Positions 49,996 through 63,200 of a stretch of DNA of 64,000 nt are shown here, one piece after another. Each line of letters opens with the position of its first letter. Within the stretch, counting starts at the first letter, position 1. The notes under the pieces were generated by a model, which ran no database searches, was not told where the DNA came from, and saw nothing but the letters and a program-made list of their open reading frames with translations. Origin of the DNA: Perna viridis (taxonomy: Eukaryota); NCBI GenBank assembly GCA_037379345.1, contig CM074512.1:33542001-33606000 (forward strand), written 5' to 3'. Made by a program: the position numbers and the translations under genes.

Positions 49996-50083
49996 GCTTG
50001 AGGTATTATACTTTTCCATAGCCATGTTCTAGCTTTGCAGATTGCCTATACCTGTTTCTGTTTATTGCTTACTGCAGGACCAA

Positions 50084-51082
50084 GGCTTCAGCTATACAGA
50101 TTGCCTGAGCTTAGGATACTGTACTCCACTTGACTGAGGCTCCAGCTATACAGATTGCCTAAGCTTAGGGTACTGTACTCCACTTGACTGAGGCTCCAGC
50201 TATGCAGATTACCTAAACCTCCGTTTATTTTTCCCACTTGACTGAGGTTCCAGCTATGCAGATTGCCTAAGCTAAGGGTATTGTACTCCACTTGACTGAG
50301 GTTCCAGCTATGCAGATTGCCTAAGCTAAGGGAATTATACTCCACTTCACTGAGGCTCCAGCTATACAGATTGCCTAAGCCTCCGTTTATTTTTCCCCCT
50401 TTACTGAGGTTCCAGCTATGCACATTGCCTAAGCTAAGGGTATTGTACTCCACTTGACTGAGGCTCCAATGATACAGATTACCTAAGCCTTGGTTTATTT
50501 CCCCACTTGACTGAGGCTCCAGCTATACAAATTGCCTAGGCTAAGGGTACTGTACTCAACTTGACTGAGGCTTCAGCTATACAGATTGCCTAAGCCTCGG
50601 TTATTTTCCCCATTTGACTGAGGCACCAGCTATACAGATTGCCTAAGCCTCGGTTATTTTCCTCATTTGACTGAGGCACCAGCTATACAGATTGCCTAAG
50701 TTTGGGTTATTTTCCCCATTTGACTGAGGTTCCAGCTATGCAGATTGCCTTAGAGGTTCCAGCTATGCAGATTGCCTAAGCTAAAGGTATTGTACTCCAC
50801 TTGACTGAGGCTCCAACGATACAGATTACCTAAGCCTCAGTTATTTTCCTCATTTGACTGAGGCACCAGCTATACAGATTGCCTAAGTTTGGGTTATTTT
50901 CCCCATTTGACTGAGGCTTCAGCTATACAGATTGCCTAAGCCTCGGGTTATTTTCCTCATTTGACTGAGGCACCAGCTATACAGATTGCCTAAGTTTGGG
51001 TTATTTTCCCCATTTGACTGAGGCTCCAGCTATACAGACTGCCTAAGTTTAGGGTATTGTATTCCACTTGACTCTGGCTCCA
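50084..51082. repeat. Minisatellite, ~52-54-bp unit, roughly 19 copies, two interleaved subtypes
   Basis: Constant CCAGCTATRCAGATTGCCTAAG ... CAYTTGACTGAGG, with a middle of either CTAAGGGTATTGTACTC or CCTCGGTTATTTTCC. Confidence 0.95.
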
Positions 51083-52454
51083 GTTCATTGAAACCTGTAT
51101 ATTCAGAACTTCTTTTGGACTTGAGTTATGCAGGTCTCCAGAGATTTTGAAAATGGTTTGTGGTTATTGAATAATTACCTTGTAGTATCTCTTGGACCAG
51201 ACTAAAATAGAACTATTGAATCTTGGAAGTTCATCAATTATCTGTATTAATCATTTATAACCCTTGTGCTAAATAGAATCATTCAAGTACCAATTTAGAT
51301 CTTCTTTATCTCTTAATGCATTTAAAGAGCCTATATTTCAAGATTAATGTGGTATTATTCTTAATTTATACACACAGTTTAGATGGCAGCATCATGAGCT
51401 CTGTAAAAGGTATATTTGTTTTGCTTTGGGATGAGATATTCGTATGTTGCTGTTTGTACAACAATTTATATGCTGTACATGTAGTTCATGAGAAGTTCTG
51501 TGATATAATAGCAAAATTTTAATCTGCATAACCTCCTTTTTCAAGTCCAAATCTTGTTTATTTTTGTTTAGAAAAGTTGTCAAGTTGTCAAAAACAAGCA
51601 AATATCCTTCTGAAAGATCTTATAGCTATTAATTTTGGACTCATTTCTGCCTTAGGATGTTTTATTAATCAATCAATCAATCAGTCTAGAAACCAATCTG
51701 GACAATTGTATTTGTGTATTGAAATATTCTTTAGAAATGAAGTTTTAGCAATGTAATAATTATTTTGTTCATTGATATTCACCAACAACCAATGTAATCA
51801 GTGCAATGTTTACTCCTGAAATTTGCTCCTGAACTGGCTTTGACCTTTGAACTTGCAAATCATTAGAATAATCACCATATTCAGAATATTTCAGATACAT
51901 GGTAATTGGAATAAAATGACATGCTTATTGTTTTTAATGAAATGAATAGTGAATTTAAGTAGTGCTTCCCTGTTTTCTGCAATCTTTTCAGGAAGTTCCT
52001 TAAGAGAAATTAGATTATCATTTCAGTATTTTCCGACCTCCTTCTCAATAGCTCAATTGTTTCCAAGGTTACAGTGGTAGCCACTGAGGAATCTAAACTG
52101 TTTAGAGCTTTGATTTTATTAGTGTGAAGAAGAATGTGTGATTGGTATCATGGGCTTATCAGTTCTGAATGTCTTCTTTGTCTTGGAATTGAATCAGTGT
52201 CAAACCTTGGATTTGTATATTAGGAGAGAGAACAATTGTTCAAGTTAACATAATTTTGAGATTTTTTAGGATTGGTATTATACTTTTCTTTGATTAAGTT
52301 CTTTATTGACTCATTTCTGAAATTTGATATCAACATTTTAAATAACATAAACTCTTTCAGAAGATCATTGTCATGATAAAAATTCTATTAAAAAAGTTGG
52401 GAAAGGAATAAAATTGGTCGAAGCTGTTAAGTTGAGTTTTATTAAACGAAAACT

Positions 52455-52685
52455 CCCTCTCTTTTCGTGCCCTGTGCAGGTCTGGGTGTCAAAAGAATAG
52501 GCCTGCAGCAGCGCTAAGCTTGTTGTAAAAGACGACTAAATAGTGCTCAGGCTATAATATGGAAAACCTGACCGCAAACCATAGTGGTGCCCATGTTGGG
52601 AAAGATGTCACGTTCCTCGCACGTTAAAGAACACTGCTGTGGTATTCGATAGGAGTAGGACCTTTCCGCTCCGCCACAGGAGGCT
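52455..52685 (+). mobile_element. GC-richer interspersed repeat, probable SINE fragment (Nin/Deu-like domain possible)
   Basis: CTTGTTGTAAAAGACGACTAAA and CACGTTAAAGAAC resemble conserved invertebrate SINE domains as recalled; single copy in the window. Confidence 0.3.
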
Positions 52686-55600
52686 AAATTGCCTGACCTT
52701 ACCCTTTTGTATGCATTTGAAGATGATTGACATGAAGTATGGGCCTATTGCATGATTCTTGTAAGAACTTTTACTGATGATCCTCTCTTTACCTTCTGAT
52801 ACTGGCAATGTTATGACACCCCACAATGAAAGTCTGAACTAGCAAAATAGATATATTTGATATACAAAATTGGCCTTTTATATTTTGTTTTGCTAATGTT
52901 GGATAAACATCAATTTGCTGGTGTGGACTACTAGGGTTACGGAGGACTGTTAGCATGTTATAGCTGACATCCAGTTACCGATGTGTAATGATTCTTTTAT
53001 TATTTACTGTGTTATATAACGAGACTGGATATGGTGAATATGTCAAAGAGACAACAACCCCACTTAGATGAAAAATGTAAGCAGAAATTTTTTTTAAAAA
53101 AATGGTGTGATGTCTTGTTTATTCTGTCTAGTCTTTCTCCCTAGGTCATCAATATTGCAGTCTGCTTTAACTCCAATGTGCATAATATTCCTTTTATAAT
53201 TTCATCATTTCTTTTAAATATAAGCATGCAATCAATACTTATTGTGTGGAGTAACCTTCAAGCTTCAAAAGTGTACGAAATGAGAGCCTCCAGTGTTTCA
53301 CACTCATAATGTTCTGTTTACCTCCATGTCATTTTCATCACTCAATCAGGCATAAATCATACCATCTCTCTAGAATTTCCTATTCAATGCTTTAAAAATT
53401 ATTACCTTTATGATAAATATCATATAAAGCCTATTTATGTGTTCCCATATTGTTTATAATTAAAACAGTCTACCAGTTCCATGTATTGAATTGGTAATTG
53501 ATTCTCTGGAGCAGATGATATTTTTGTAAGAGGACAGATGGACTTTTATAAATTCTGGAAAATATTCCTATTATGACTTTTAATGTTCTTTTTTGAACAT
53601 TTCCTTAATTCCCCCTGCTAAAGTATAAGGGAGGATCACTTGTTTTTACTGATTGTCATACAAATTTACTCTACCCAATATTTATTTTATTAGTTTTAAT
53701 TTATATTCTATTCATTAGAATGATTTGAAATTTAGAATGTAGCTTCTGGGTGGTAAGTCTTTAATTGCATTTGTAAATTTTGTTACAGTCACATATCAAA
53801 TTTTGTTAATTGGGCATGTTTTATTTTTAATTTCCCTTTGGACACATCTTCTATTCTAAAAACATGTTCACCTGAGAATCAGGCAAAGGATTATAAGGAC
53901 ATATTTTAATAAATTACTTAATAATGTAAATGCATTTAGTTTTTCTCATTAGCATTTGAAAACCAATGAAGGTTTGGAAAGCATGAACAAACATTACTGC
54001 TTGTATAGTAGTATATGCATTTATCAGCAATTTGTCCATTTTTCCTTTGATATTTTTCATATCTTTTGTACTGATTGAATTGCAAAAAAATCAAGCAAAT
54101 CAATGGTGAGGCAATAATCCCATTGATTTGATTGTCCAATGAAAAGGGCAGTTTATGGGTGAAGTAATCAAAGTCACCCATTTCTATAAATCTATGGGAA
54201 ATGACACAATGCAGGAATGGAGCTGAAACACACTACAAAAAACTTCTGCATTAAAATATTAGTGCATATAAAAATAGTGGAAAAAACATGTTTTTTGACA
54301 AAATTTGAATTCTGGATAAACAGAATAATAGTTACATTTTTGAATACTGACTCTTCAGGCCCTTCTAAGATATTCACATGAATAGTCAGTATCAAACATG
54401 AAGTAACTATTATTCTATATATAGGGAACTGGAAACTGATTTTCCATAGCATTCATCTAAATCATTACTTGCCTTTAGCCACTGGTCCGAAGCCTGGGGC
54501 TAGTGAAATGATGTGAACATTTCTTGTTTCGGGCTAGTTGAATCCTGTACAGTCCTCTATTATTCGGACAAGTCATTGAGAGTTTTGAAGGAAAGGACTG
54601 CAATCTAAACTCTTTTTAACAAATGAATTACTCTTCCTACATCAGATATAAATTTTGTTGATATTTTTATCATTGATGTGAGGTTTTAGGTTGTAATGAA
54701 AGTTGGATTTATCACTCCTTTCATTAGTTGCATGATTCTAAGACGAAACTTTTCCTAATACAGTATAAATCGCATCACAAGGCTTTTGATATTTTGCTTT
54801 ATTTACCATATTCTATAATTGTAAATGGTTAGAGGGTTTCAGAACACAAGTCTTTGAAAGAAAAGAAACCCATTTTAATGGAAAGAAGAATATAAAGGAA
54901 GCCGTAAATGGCTTTGGAATAAGCATAATTCCTAATAAACCCGAAGCCAATGACCAATATTAAGGTTTGCCTTAGATCATATATGACCATGAGAGTAGAT
55001 TTTTTTTTATTAATATTAGAATCTCTTTACACAATTTATTTTTCTTACAAGACTGTTTCTGTCATCTTATTGACAAAGAAATTGTTTCCCTTACAAACAT
55101 ATGCTTTTTGACATTTATGACTTTTAAGGAATTTCAAATAGAAGTAATATTGAATGATTTGCTTAACTCTTAATGGCTTTGTGAACTTTCTGAAGTGTGG
55201 CCAATTTCAATATGTTTTATTGGCTAAAACTTAAATAAAGCAAGACTAAATTAGGATTCTGTCTTTTTTTGGTAAGAATCCAATAATACAATGTTTTTGA
55301 CTATTTTGAAGTGTAATGTTTCCATTCTGAAGAGCTCAAATAACTGGAGGCGTAAATGTTATCAATGAAATGAGACTGATCTCCAATTTCTGTTTCTTAT
55401 TATTAGATTCTCAGTGCAGATGAAGAATAATATTGTTGCAGGATAATTTTCATTGAGGAAAAATGGAGTAAAATGAAATACTTACAAGCAGAGTTGTAAT
55501 TTTCTTCAGATTAACTGATAAACACTTTTCTTTGAGGAAATGTTTTAATTAATTGGTTGAAAATATTAGAAAGTCAAACTTTTATGGGTCTTTAAGGGTT

Positions 55601-58344
55601 CCCCCATTTCTTTTAATGTGTTTGTTCATACCAAGTTTTGATGGTAATAAAGCAATGAAAAAATATTTCAGGAAAGTTTATTAAGCAGGGATTGAATTTT
55701 CTGCATCTTTGCAGAATTCTGCTTTTCATTTTCAGATCAGGATTTTACTATTTGATTTGTCCTTTTTCATTGTAAGCACAGCTGCTTCTAAATGATTTGA
55801 TGGAATTTGATAAAACTTTATCTAGATTGTACACCTTATGATGTGTATGACTTATTTGACTTATTTCCATTTTTCCATGAGGAGAATTGAGCCATTTACA
55901 AGTCTTCTCCTTTGCCCATCTGTTTGCATCTGTCTATGAGTGAAATCCCAGATCTTTCCTTTCTCGTTTTATAGTTCTCCATCATGTTTTCTTTGGTCTC
56001 ACTCTTTTTATTTTTCCTTCTGGTGTCCAGGTAAGCAATAGTTTTGTGTGTTTAGTATTTTCCATTCATATGATGTGTATAAAGCAAGATAAACACTGTT
56101 TATACTTGTAGTTAGAGTCTCACATTCCTCATTTTAAATATGTCTATAGATTTTCTAACACTGTGGTTGTAATCAAGAAATAACTCATACAAGATTAATT
56201 TTATTGTTGTATAAACATGGTGGCATTATTTTAATGACTCAGTGATAATTTTGTTGATAATTTATCCACTGTTTCAATGGGATGAGTAGATATGAATGAC
56301 TATTTTGCTGCTGCTGTAAAAAACGTCAATCACCTCTGAATTACTTCTTTTCTGAAAGAACAATTTTAAGCCATTTATGTTTCACACCTCTACAATTCAT
56401 CTAAAGGTGGAAGGGGGGGGGTGTTGATGACATCAGTCCCTATAAGTTATTTCCTTCTTCAGTTGTATTTTATTTGATGTGACATACTTAAACCTTAATG
56501 TGTCAAAGTTGCTTTGGTTTAGTCTCAATACTTGATATATTTTAGGATAGTAAATGTGGACTTTGTCAATCTTTGATTAAAAACAACCATTGGTTTGGGG
56601 ATTGTTTTACATCTAATTGTTTAGACATCCATATATAGTTTTCAGTTGGTGGTTAAGTTTCTTATTTTTATAGCATTTTTCTCATAAAATACAGTGGTGT
56701 ATTAATTTTAAAGCTTTTTAGGTTATTTGAATTCGTGGATTTGTAACAAATAAATGTTTTTTCAATCTTAATTTGCCAAGAATATTTTTTCTAAAAAAGT
56801 CTTGAATATATTTGTGTGTCTTATTTTACTGTATATATCGCTATACTTTTGATTTTTTTTTCAATTTCCACTTGGTTTGTTGGACATGTAGAATCATATT
56901 TCTAAAAAGCAGAAAGCTCAGACAATTATGGACAGTAATTTAAATATGCTTAAAGGCACAACTGTGTTTTCATGTAAAATCTGCCTAATAACTAAGGAGA
57001 GAAAAAAAAAAGATTAAAAGTATTGAAAGGTCATTTCTAAAGTGAACAGTGGTTTTGTTTTGTTTTTTTTTTGCTATTTTACTCAAAGTTTATATATATA
57101 TAACAAAAAATCTTATGGTCAGTTATGAAATGATTTTCCTAGAGATAATATTCAGTTGACATGAGGTTTATTTTTAGTTTAATTTATAGAATAAAGAAAC
57201 CAGACAATGTCACAAATTTACAGAGAAATCATCGATCATTCTATATTTCCTCATTATTGAAAGCTTTCAAAGCTCTAAGGCTGTTTTTTTGTGAAGACCT
57301 TGTCTGGCTTCTTTTAATGCAATGTTACAAGTATTTGTCTGGTGGAAACACAAGTCAGTAATTACTACAATTACCTTGTAACATATCCATTGATCATATG
57401 CTATTTGTTGAAATATTTTATTTTGGATATTTTTTTCGGTTGTTAGTTTTTTCGCTTACAATTTGACTAATATATGTCTTTAAATTGACATGTTTCTAAC
57501 TTAATATGATAATTTGTTTCATGCCCCACCAACAAATTGATGGCTTAAATATTTTGGTCTTTGCATGCTTCTAAATTTTTGTCATTTGTTTGTTTTTTTT
57601 TGTATAAGCTTGTATAAAGTCTGTAGCAAATGAATATTGGTTCAATTCACCATAAGGCTTATTATGGTGTGTACATTTAGAAATATATTGAAACCCAACA
57701 GTCCAGTTTAAAACCCTAGGGATGAATGATTTTGTTTTGGAAGGAATTTTATTCACATAGCATCATGATTGATGGAGACTTCAGAATATGTAGACCTGTT
57801 TTTGACAAGTTATTTGCTTACTGTGGGTTAAATCTTGCCAGGTTTATTTGTATACGCCAGTAAGGTTTTGACCAAAGCTATTCTTGCATTCCCAGCATGC
57901 TATTTTTTTTTTGTCGTAGACAGAATATTGAAGCATGAGAACAAGTTCCTGAATTAGTTCGTTTTTTTTCTTTTTTTTTTTTTGTAAAATGGACACTCTT
58001 AACTTGGTAAATTAAAACCATCTAATATGTGTAAGTTATAGACTGTTCAAATTAGCAACTGCTAACCTAACTTTCCTTTTGAATGGTTTCGTGAATGATA
58101 TAACTCCATGTCACATTATCAAAAACCGAAATGATGAATTTTTGGAGATATCGAATTAGTGGTGTTATCTTGATTAAGGATTCTTTGGCATTGACATTTT
58201 AGTTCTTTATGCCAATCCTGCTAGCCAGCTGTTTTGATACACTCAGTATAAACATTCTAAAAATAAATAAATTAGTTTTAATTCTTTGGTAAAATTTGTA
58301 ACAGATATGAATAAACTGAAGCGCTAGAAAAAATTCTTCTAGTA

Positions 58345-60200
58345 TCACCGAACTTCATCTTTGATTAGAACAGTTACTGTGTTTCTACGATCATTTGTAG
58401 CATTATGCGATGTTGGTAAACTTGCTGTATAAATATCTGATCGTATGTGTCCCTTAGTACACAAATGACATTTGAGAATCCTGATAAATGCACGACGGAA
58501 TGCAGTATTGAACATAGTGTAAATTATAGGGTTGGCCAAAGAGGCTATATAACCCATCCAAAGAAATATAGACATCATATCGGGTGTAATGTTATCCATG
58601 CATGAGGGGCAAAACCCAGACATAATGTTTACAAAGAAAAATGGTGTCCATAATACAACAAATACTCCAAATATTATTCCTAGTACTTTAGAAGCTTTTT
58701 TCTCATTGGATGTTGCTTTTCTTGACATGGCACGTTTGGCCTCTTGAGCTTTGTTAAACTTGTGGAGAAGACTCTTGATGCTTTTATTGACCTCTGGCCT
58801 TTCAGTCGTTGATGCTATAGATTCATTAGATTTTGCAGCTTCATAACCTTTCTGACAAAAGCCATTGGCATGTCTCTTTGGAGACTTTGTAAGAAGTGGA
58901 CTTGTCACACTCTGAACAGTTGTGGTCAGTTTATACATATGGAATGACTGTGGGCGTAGTTTGATTGTTAGAAACTCAGAACCTGATGAAGATGACTCGT
59001 CAAGTGAATCCTCTGATTCTGAAACTACTTTTGATGTCGGTAAGCTCAATAGATTTGGTGCACCACTATCTTCAGATGACAGTTTGTGGAGCTTAATATC
59101 TGAAAGTGAATCCTTAATTTTGTTCACTCTGGTTTCTGACACAGAATCGGACATTTTGTTGAACTTAATGTCAAAGTCTTGAAGTCTGTGAAGTTTTAGG
59201 TCTGAGAGTGAATCTGGATATCTGTTTATTTTAATATCAGAGAATGAGTCTGGAATACTTTTTCTGTCCTCTTTTTCACTGTCTCTTAGTATTTGATCCA
59301 TTTCTTGTTGAATTTGAAAGTAGTTTAGTTTCCAACCAGCTGTTTTGACATCCAGATTACCACAAGAGTGAAACATTATATTTTTTCTTGCACCTAAGAA
59401 AGGTGTGTCTGAATCAATAAAGGTGCTCGAAGAAGCCCCTAAGATATTTTTACCTTTTGAGATATTTTCTACAGAATTCACTCTAAGGAAATCTGTGGAC
59501 CTCTCATGAGGTTTTAGATATTTTGGATAAGAACTTGTTGGTAGACACGAGAAGGAAGAAGCCTTCCTCCTTTCCCAGTTATGTTTTTTTCTAGGAACTT
59601 TTTTGTACACTAACTTTTCAGAATACAAGTGATCCTTTTGTGGAAGCACAGGAACTGAGGCAAGAACAGTGTTTTCGGTGTCACTTTCTAATTGTTCAAT
59701 GCTGTGACGACGTGACCCCTCATCACTAGGAGGAGAAAGAAATGCTTTGAATGACTTTTTCTTTTGGGCTTTTTTCTGTTTGAATTTTAAGTCAGATCTC
59801 TCAATTCTTTGCATATTCAACTGATTTTTCCATAAAATCCTTATTGTAAGTACATAGGTCACTAACATTATAACTAAAGGAATGTAGAAGGCAAATACTG
59901 AGCCATAGATCACAAAATCCTCGATTGCAGGGGCACATAACCCATCATTCAGTATATAGTCACTATCCTGAATACCATAAATGCACAAAGGACTACTAAT
60001 TGTTATGGAAACAGCCCATACAAAGAATATCTTCAGCACTACCATCATTTTTGTCTTGTTTCGTCCATATCTCATCGGATATTTCAGTGTGAAATAACGA
60101 TCCATTGACATAGTACACATGTGCCATATGGAGGCTGTACACATGAGGACATCCATACTGACCCAGAACATACACAACTCAGGACCAAATGGAAACTTTC
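58345..60200 (-). CDS. HTR2: 5-HT2-type serotonin receptor (class A aminergic GPCR), terminal coding exon covering ECL1/TM3-TM7 and the C-tail; the N-terminal TM1-TM2 exon(s) were not found in the window
   Basis: ORF 58345-60177 extends to a minus-strand acceptor (ctattttcag|GAAAGTTTCCA at 60200, phase 1), reading (G)KFPFGPELCMFW. Motifs: D3.32 in DVLMCTASIWH, DRY, TM5 GSVFAFYIPL, NEKKASKVLGIIF, WTPFF, WMGYIASLANPIIYTMFN and helix 8 FRRAF, all characteristic of 5-HT2 receptors. The ORF-track 'M' is an internal TTG codon. Confidence 0.92.
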
Positions 60201-63200
60201 CTGAAAATAGAAAGAAGAATAGAAAATGCTTGCTGTGTTATACATTATTTGACATAGCCTTTTTTGTCCTTGAAATAGCTTGGCACATGCTCCAGATAAA
60301 CTTTGTAAATTTGAATTGTAAATATAGAACATGATGTTTCTGTGGTAATTAGAATAACCTTCCTTAGCCTTTACTGTGTAGTGAGCATCAATACTGACTT
60401 GAGATTTTGATTAAGAAATTCTAACAAGATATTTCTATCATCTTGATAAATTGAGGGATTTCCATAAATTAGAGCTCTGATTGTTTTTTTGGACCATGAC
60501 ATTTTCATGGTTCAATGTTGTTAATGTCAGTGATGTCATGACATTGTCTTCAGATATTATATAATATCTGGCCTTACCAGCAGAATGGCAAGTGGTCTAT
60601 TGGTTTGAAATTCAAAAAATGAACAAATTATAGTCTAGCAAATTCAATGTACATTTTACATCTTAAGATAACTGTGGTTGAGATTTCTGTTCTTTGTTTC
60701 CAGTGAAATAGGAATAATAAAAGCTGTCCATATAATCAACAGTTTGTGATCTGAATCGAATATTTATTAAATATTTCTATGAATGAGCCACTCCAGTTTA
60801 TGAATGGCTGATTTTTTTCGATGAATAGTTTGCCAAAGTATTTTCTGATCTGATGAACCTAAAACAAATATGGCAGGGGAAATGCAATATAATATATAAT
60901 CATGTGTCATTATTCAGACCCTTTCTTTTTTTATTTAACAAGGCTCCACTAGTGTCAGTACCATCCTATTCTGTCACGTTTCCCATTTACTTAATGGTCA
61001 TTTATATACAGAGTAACAGTGTTATTTAAGTAAAGCTTCTGTCTAACAGCGATGATCTGAATCCTGCTGTTTGTAATTATTTAAAAGATTTGTTCATGGA
61101 CGTGTCTAGCATGTCAATATGTTGATGCTTGGGAGAAAAGTGAAATTCAGCCCGCTATGTATTTGGTGCCAGTGGAATGAGTTGTAGAGTCTCAAAGACA
61201 AATAGTTATTGGTACAAAGAAATGAATTCACAGAGTTGGTCATCTAATGATTGTCTCAAAATTGGACCAAGGAACCAGTCAAGATTTAGCTGAAAATAGA
61301 AACTAGTAGACACTAATAGAATGTAAAATTCCTATAAAAGAGAATATTGTTTGTGGTAAAGATCCTTTAGCTGACCATAATGGTTAGTTATCTTACTCTT
61401 TATTAGCGTTAATTAAGTAATGTTCATCTTGTAAAATTGTATTTCACTATATCCTCTTTGACATTCATTTATTTATTGATCATTGAGGTACCTTGGAGTC
61501 ATGTTTACCAATGCATAATACAAATGTACTTACATTAAGACAAAAGACAAAAAAAACAAAAACAAATAAACATGGTATTAGTTCGCAGTTTTTCTGTAGA
61601 TGGCTTTCAATTCTTTGATCAGTTTGAAATATTGCTTTGTGAACTCAATAATTGTTAGAAATATGTTATGATGACTGACTTAACTATATTGATAATTTGT
61701 GCAGCAGGTTGTCATATGTATATACGCAGAGTGCACTAGCTACATGCTGTTTACATTTACCATGATTAAAATTTCAAGGTGATTGTCAAAGCCACACTAA
61801 AGCAGATCTCAATAATGATTTCACTTTTACAAAAATCATACTGATGGTATATTGACTATGCTGCACCCACAATGAGCTCAAATTTACATTTTGTTGTATC
61901 CCATGCCTCCAACCCAAACAATTATCTCTGTTTGTCCATCCATTTGTTTTTGTGTCTGCCATTGGTAATTTATGAACAGAACTTTTCTAAAAATCACTGT
62001 AGGAGTTTATCAAAATGTTGTATACTATAAGTAAAGTATATTATAGCAAAAGAAAATGAAAGTTAAAATAAAAGATTTTGAGGTAGTTAAAAACATTCAT
62101 TTTTTTCCTTTAGAATAATTCTTTCCGCTATATTAAAGTCAAATTCTTAGAAAATTTGAAATTGTTCCCTTTCTAAAATCATTGTTAATGACTTGCTGAA
62201 CTATCTAATGCTGTTGAAGATCAGTAATCTGTTTAATGTTAAATATATTTTGGTTCCACTCCTCAATTTCTCATTTCCATAATATTTTCTGAATACTTTA
62301 TGAGTTGCTTAAAATTTATGCTCTGAAGATGTATTTTTAATTTGAGTACGGTATTAATATTAAGCTATGAGCTTTTTTTTTCATTAAAATTTCAATAAAA
62401 ATTTATGATTAATAACTTTCTAATTGAGTTTTAGATTATGCTCTCATTTTGCATAATCACACTTCAATATTCATGATTATTAAAGTTCCCATATTGGTCA
62501 GGAATAAAAAAAAAATGTAGAGTTGTGGTTTGCTTTCACCAATTCCTTCATACAGACTCTCTCAGGAGTAATTTTGTTCTTTTATATAATCATATTATCA
62601 CCACAGTAAGGATTGCCCATTGAAAAGCGTAATAAAAGGATAATAGATATTGAAATTCTGTTGTAATTAGCTTGGTAAATAAGCATTTGTGTTAGTGGGT
62701 ACAAGGTTTGGCAAGATTGTAGGTGGCTTTGGTAATGGAGGTTTCTAGAATCACAATATCCAACTGTCTGACATTTGTCATTTTGATGAAATGATATCAT
62801 ATTTAGAAATAGCAGTGATTTACAAATTGCATGTTGCAATGTCGCAGTGATGTAAAACCAATATGGTTCTAAATTGTCCATTTTAGATTGTAGCCACGTC
62901 ACAAATGTAAGAAGGCAGATAAAACTGTCATTTTTAGAATTTGGACACGTCACTGGTAATATAATTGAACATGTAAATCACGATTTTATTGTTTTTGATT
63001 ATTTTACATAATATGATTTTCTAATCGTATTGAGCATGATTCATAGTCTCAATTGATGATGGCAATTACTGGCTTGAATTTTATATTAGGATAGCTCTGG
63101 GTTTTACAAACACGGGATCATAATCCAATCTACTTTAACTTGTAAATCTAAGTCTTATCACTGCTTGGTTAATTAGTTTATTAAGGGAAAGTGGCATGTA

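Noticed and set aside
50084-51082. CRISPR-like repeat/spacer pattern, or a real 121-aa repeat protein (ORF 50088-50453)
   Set aside because: The variable parts fall into two recurring types rather than unique spacers; the ORF is a by-product of the 54-bp period.
57740-57850. Receptor polyadenylation signals (minus-strand AATAAA)
   Set aside because: The hexamer is too frequent in AT-rich DNA to assign without transcript data.
58922-59182. Antisense 86-aa ORF within the receptor exon
   Set aside because: Shadow frame of the Ser/Asp-rich loop, with no similarity to PSMD1 or any protein I recognise.
62582-62953. 123-aa ORF as the missing receptor N-terminal exon
   Set aside because: No TM1 GN or TM2 LAxxD motif and no hydrophobic helices; the upstream exons probably lie beyond the window.
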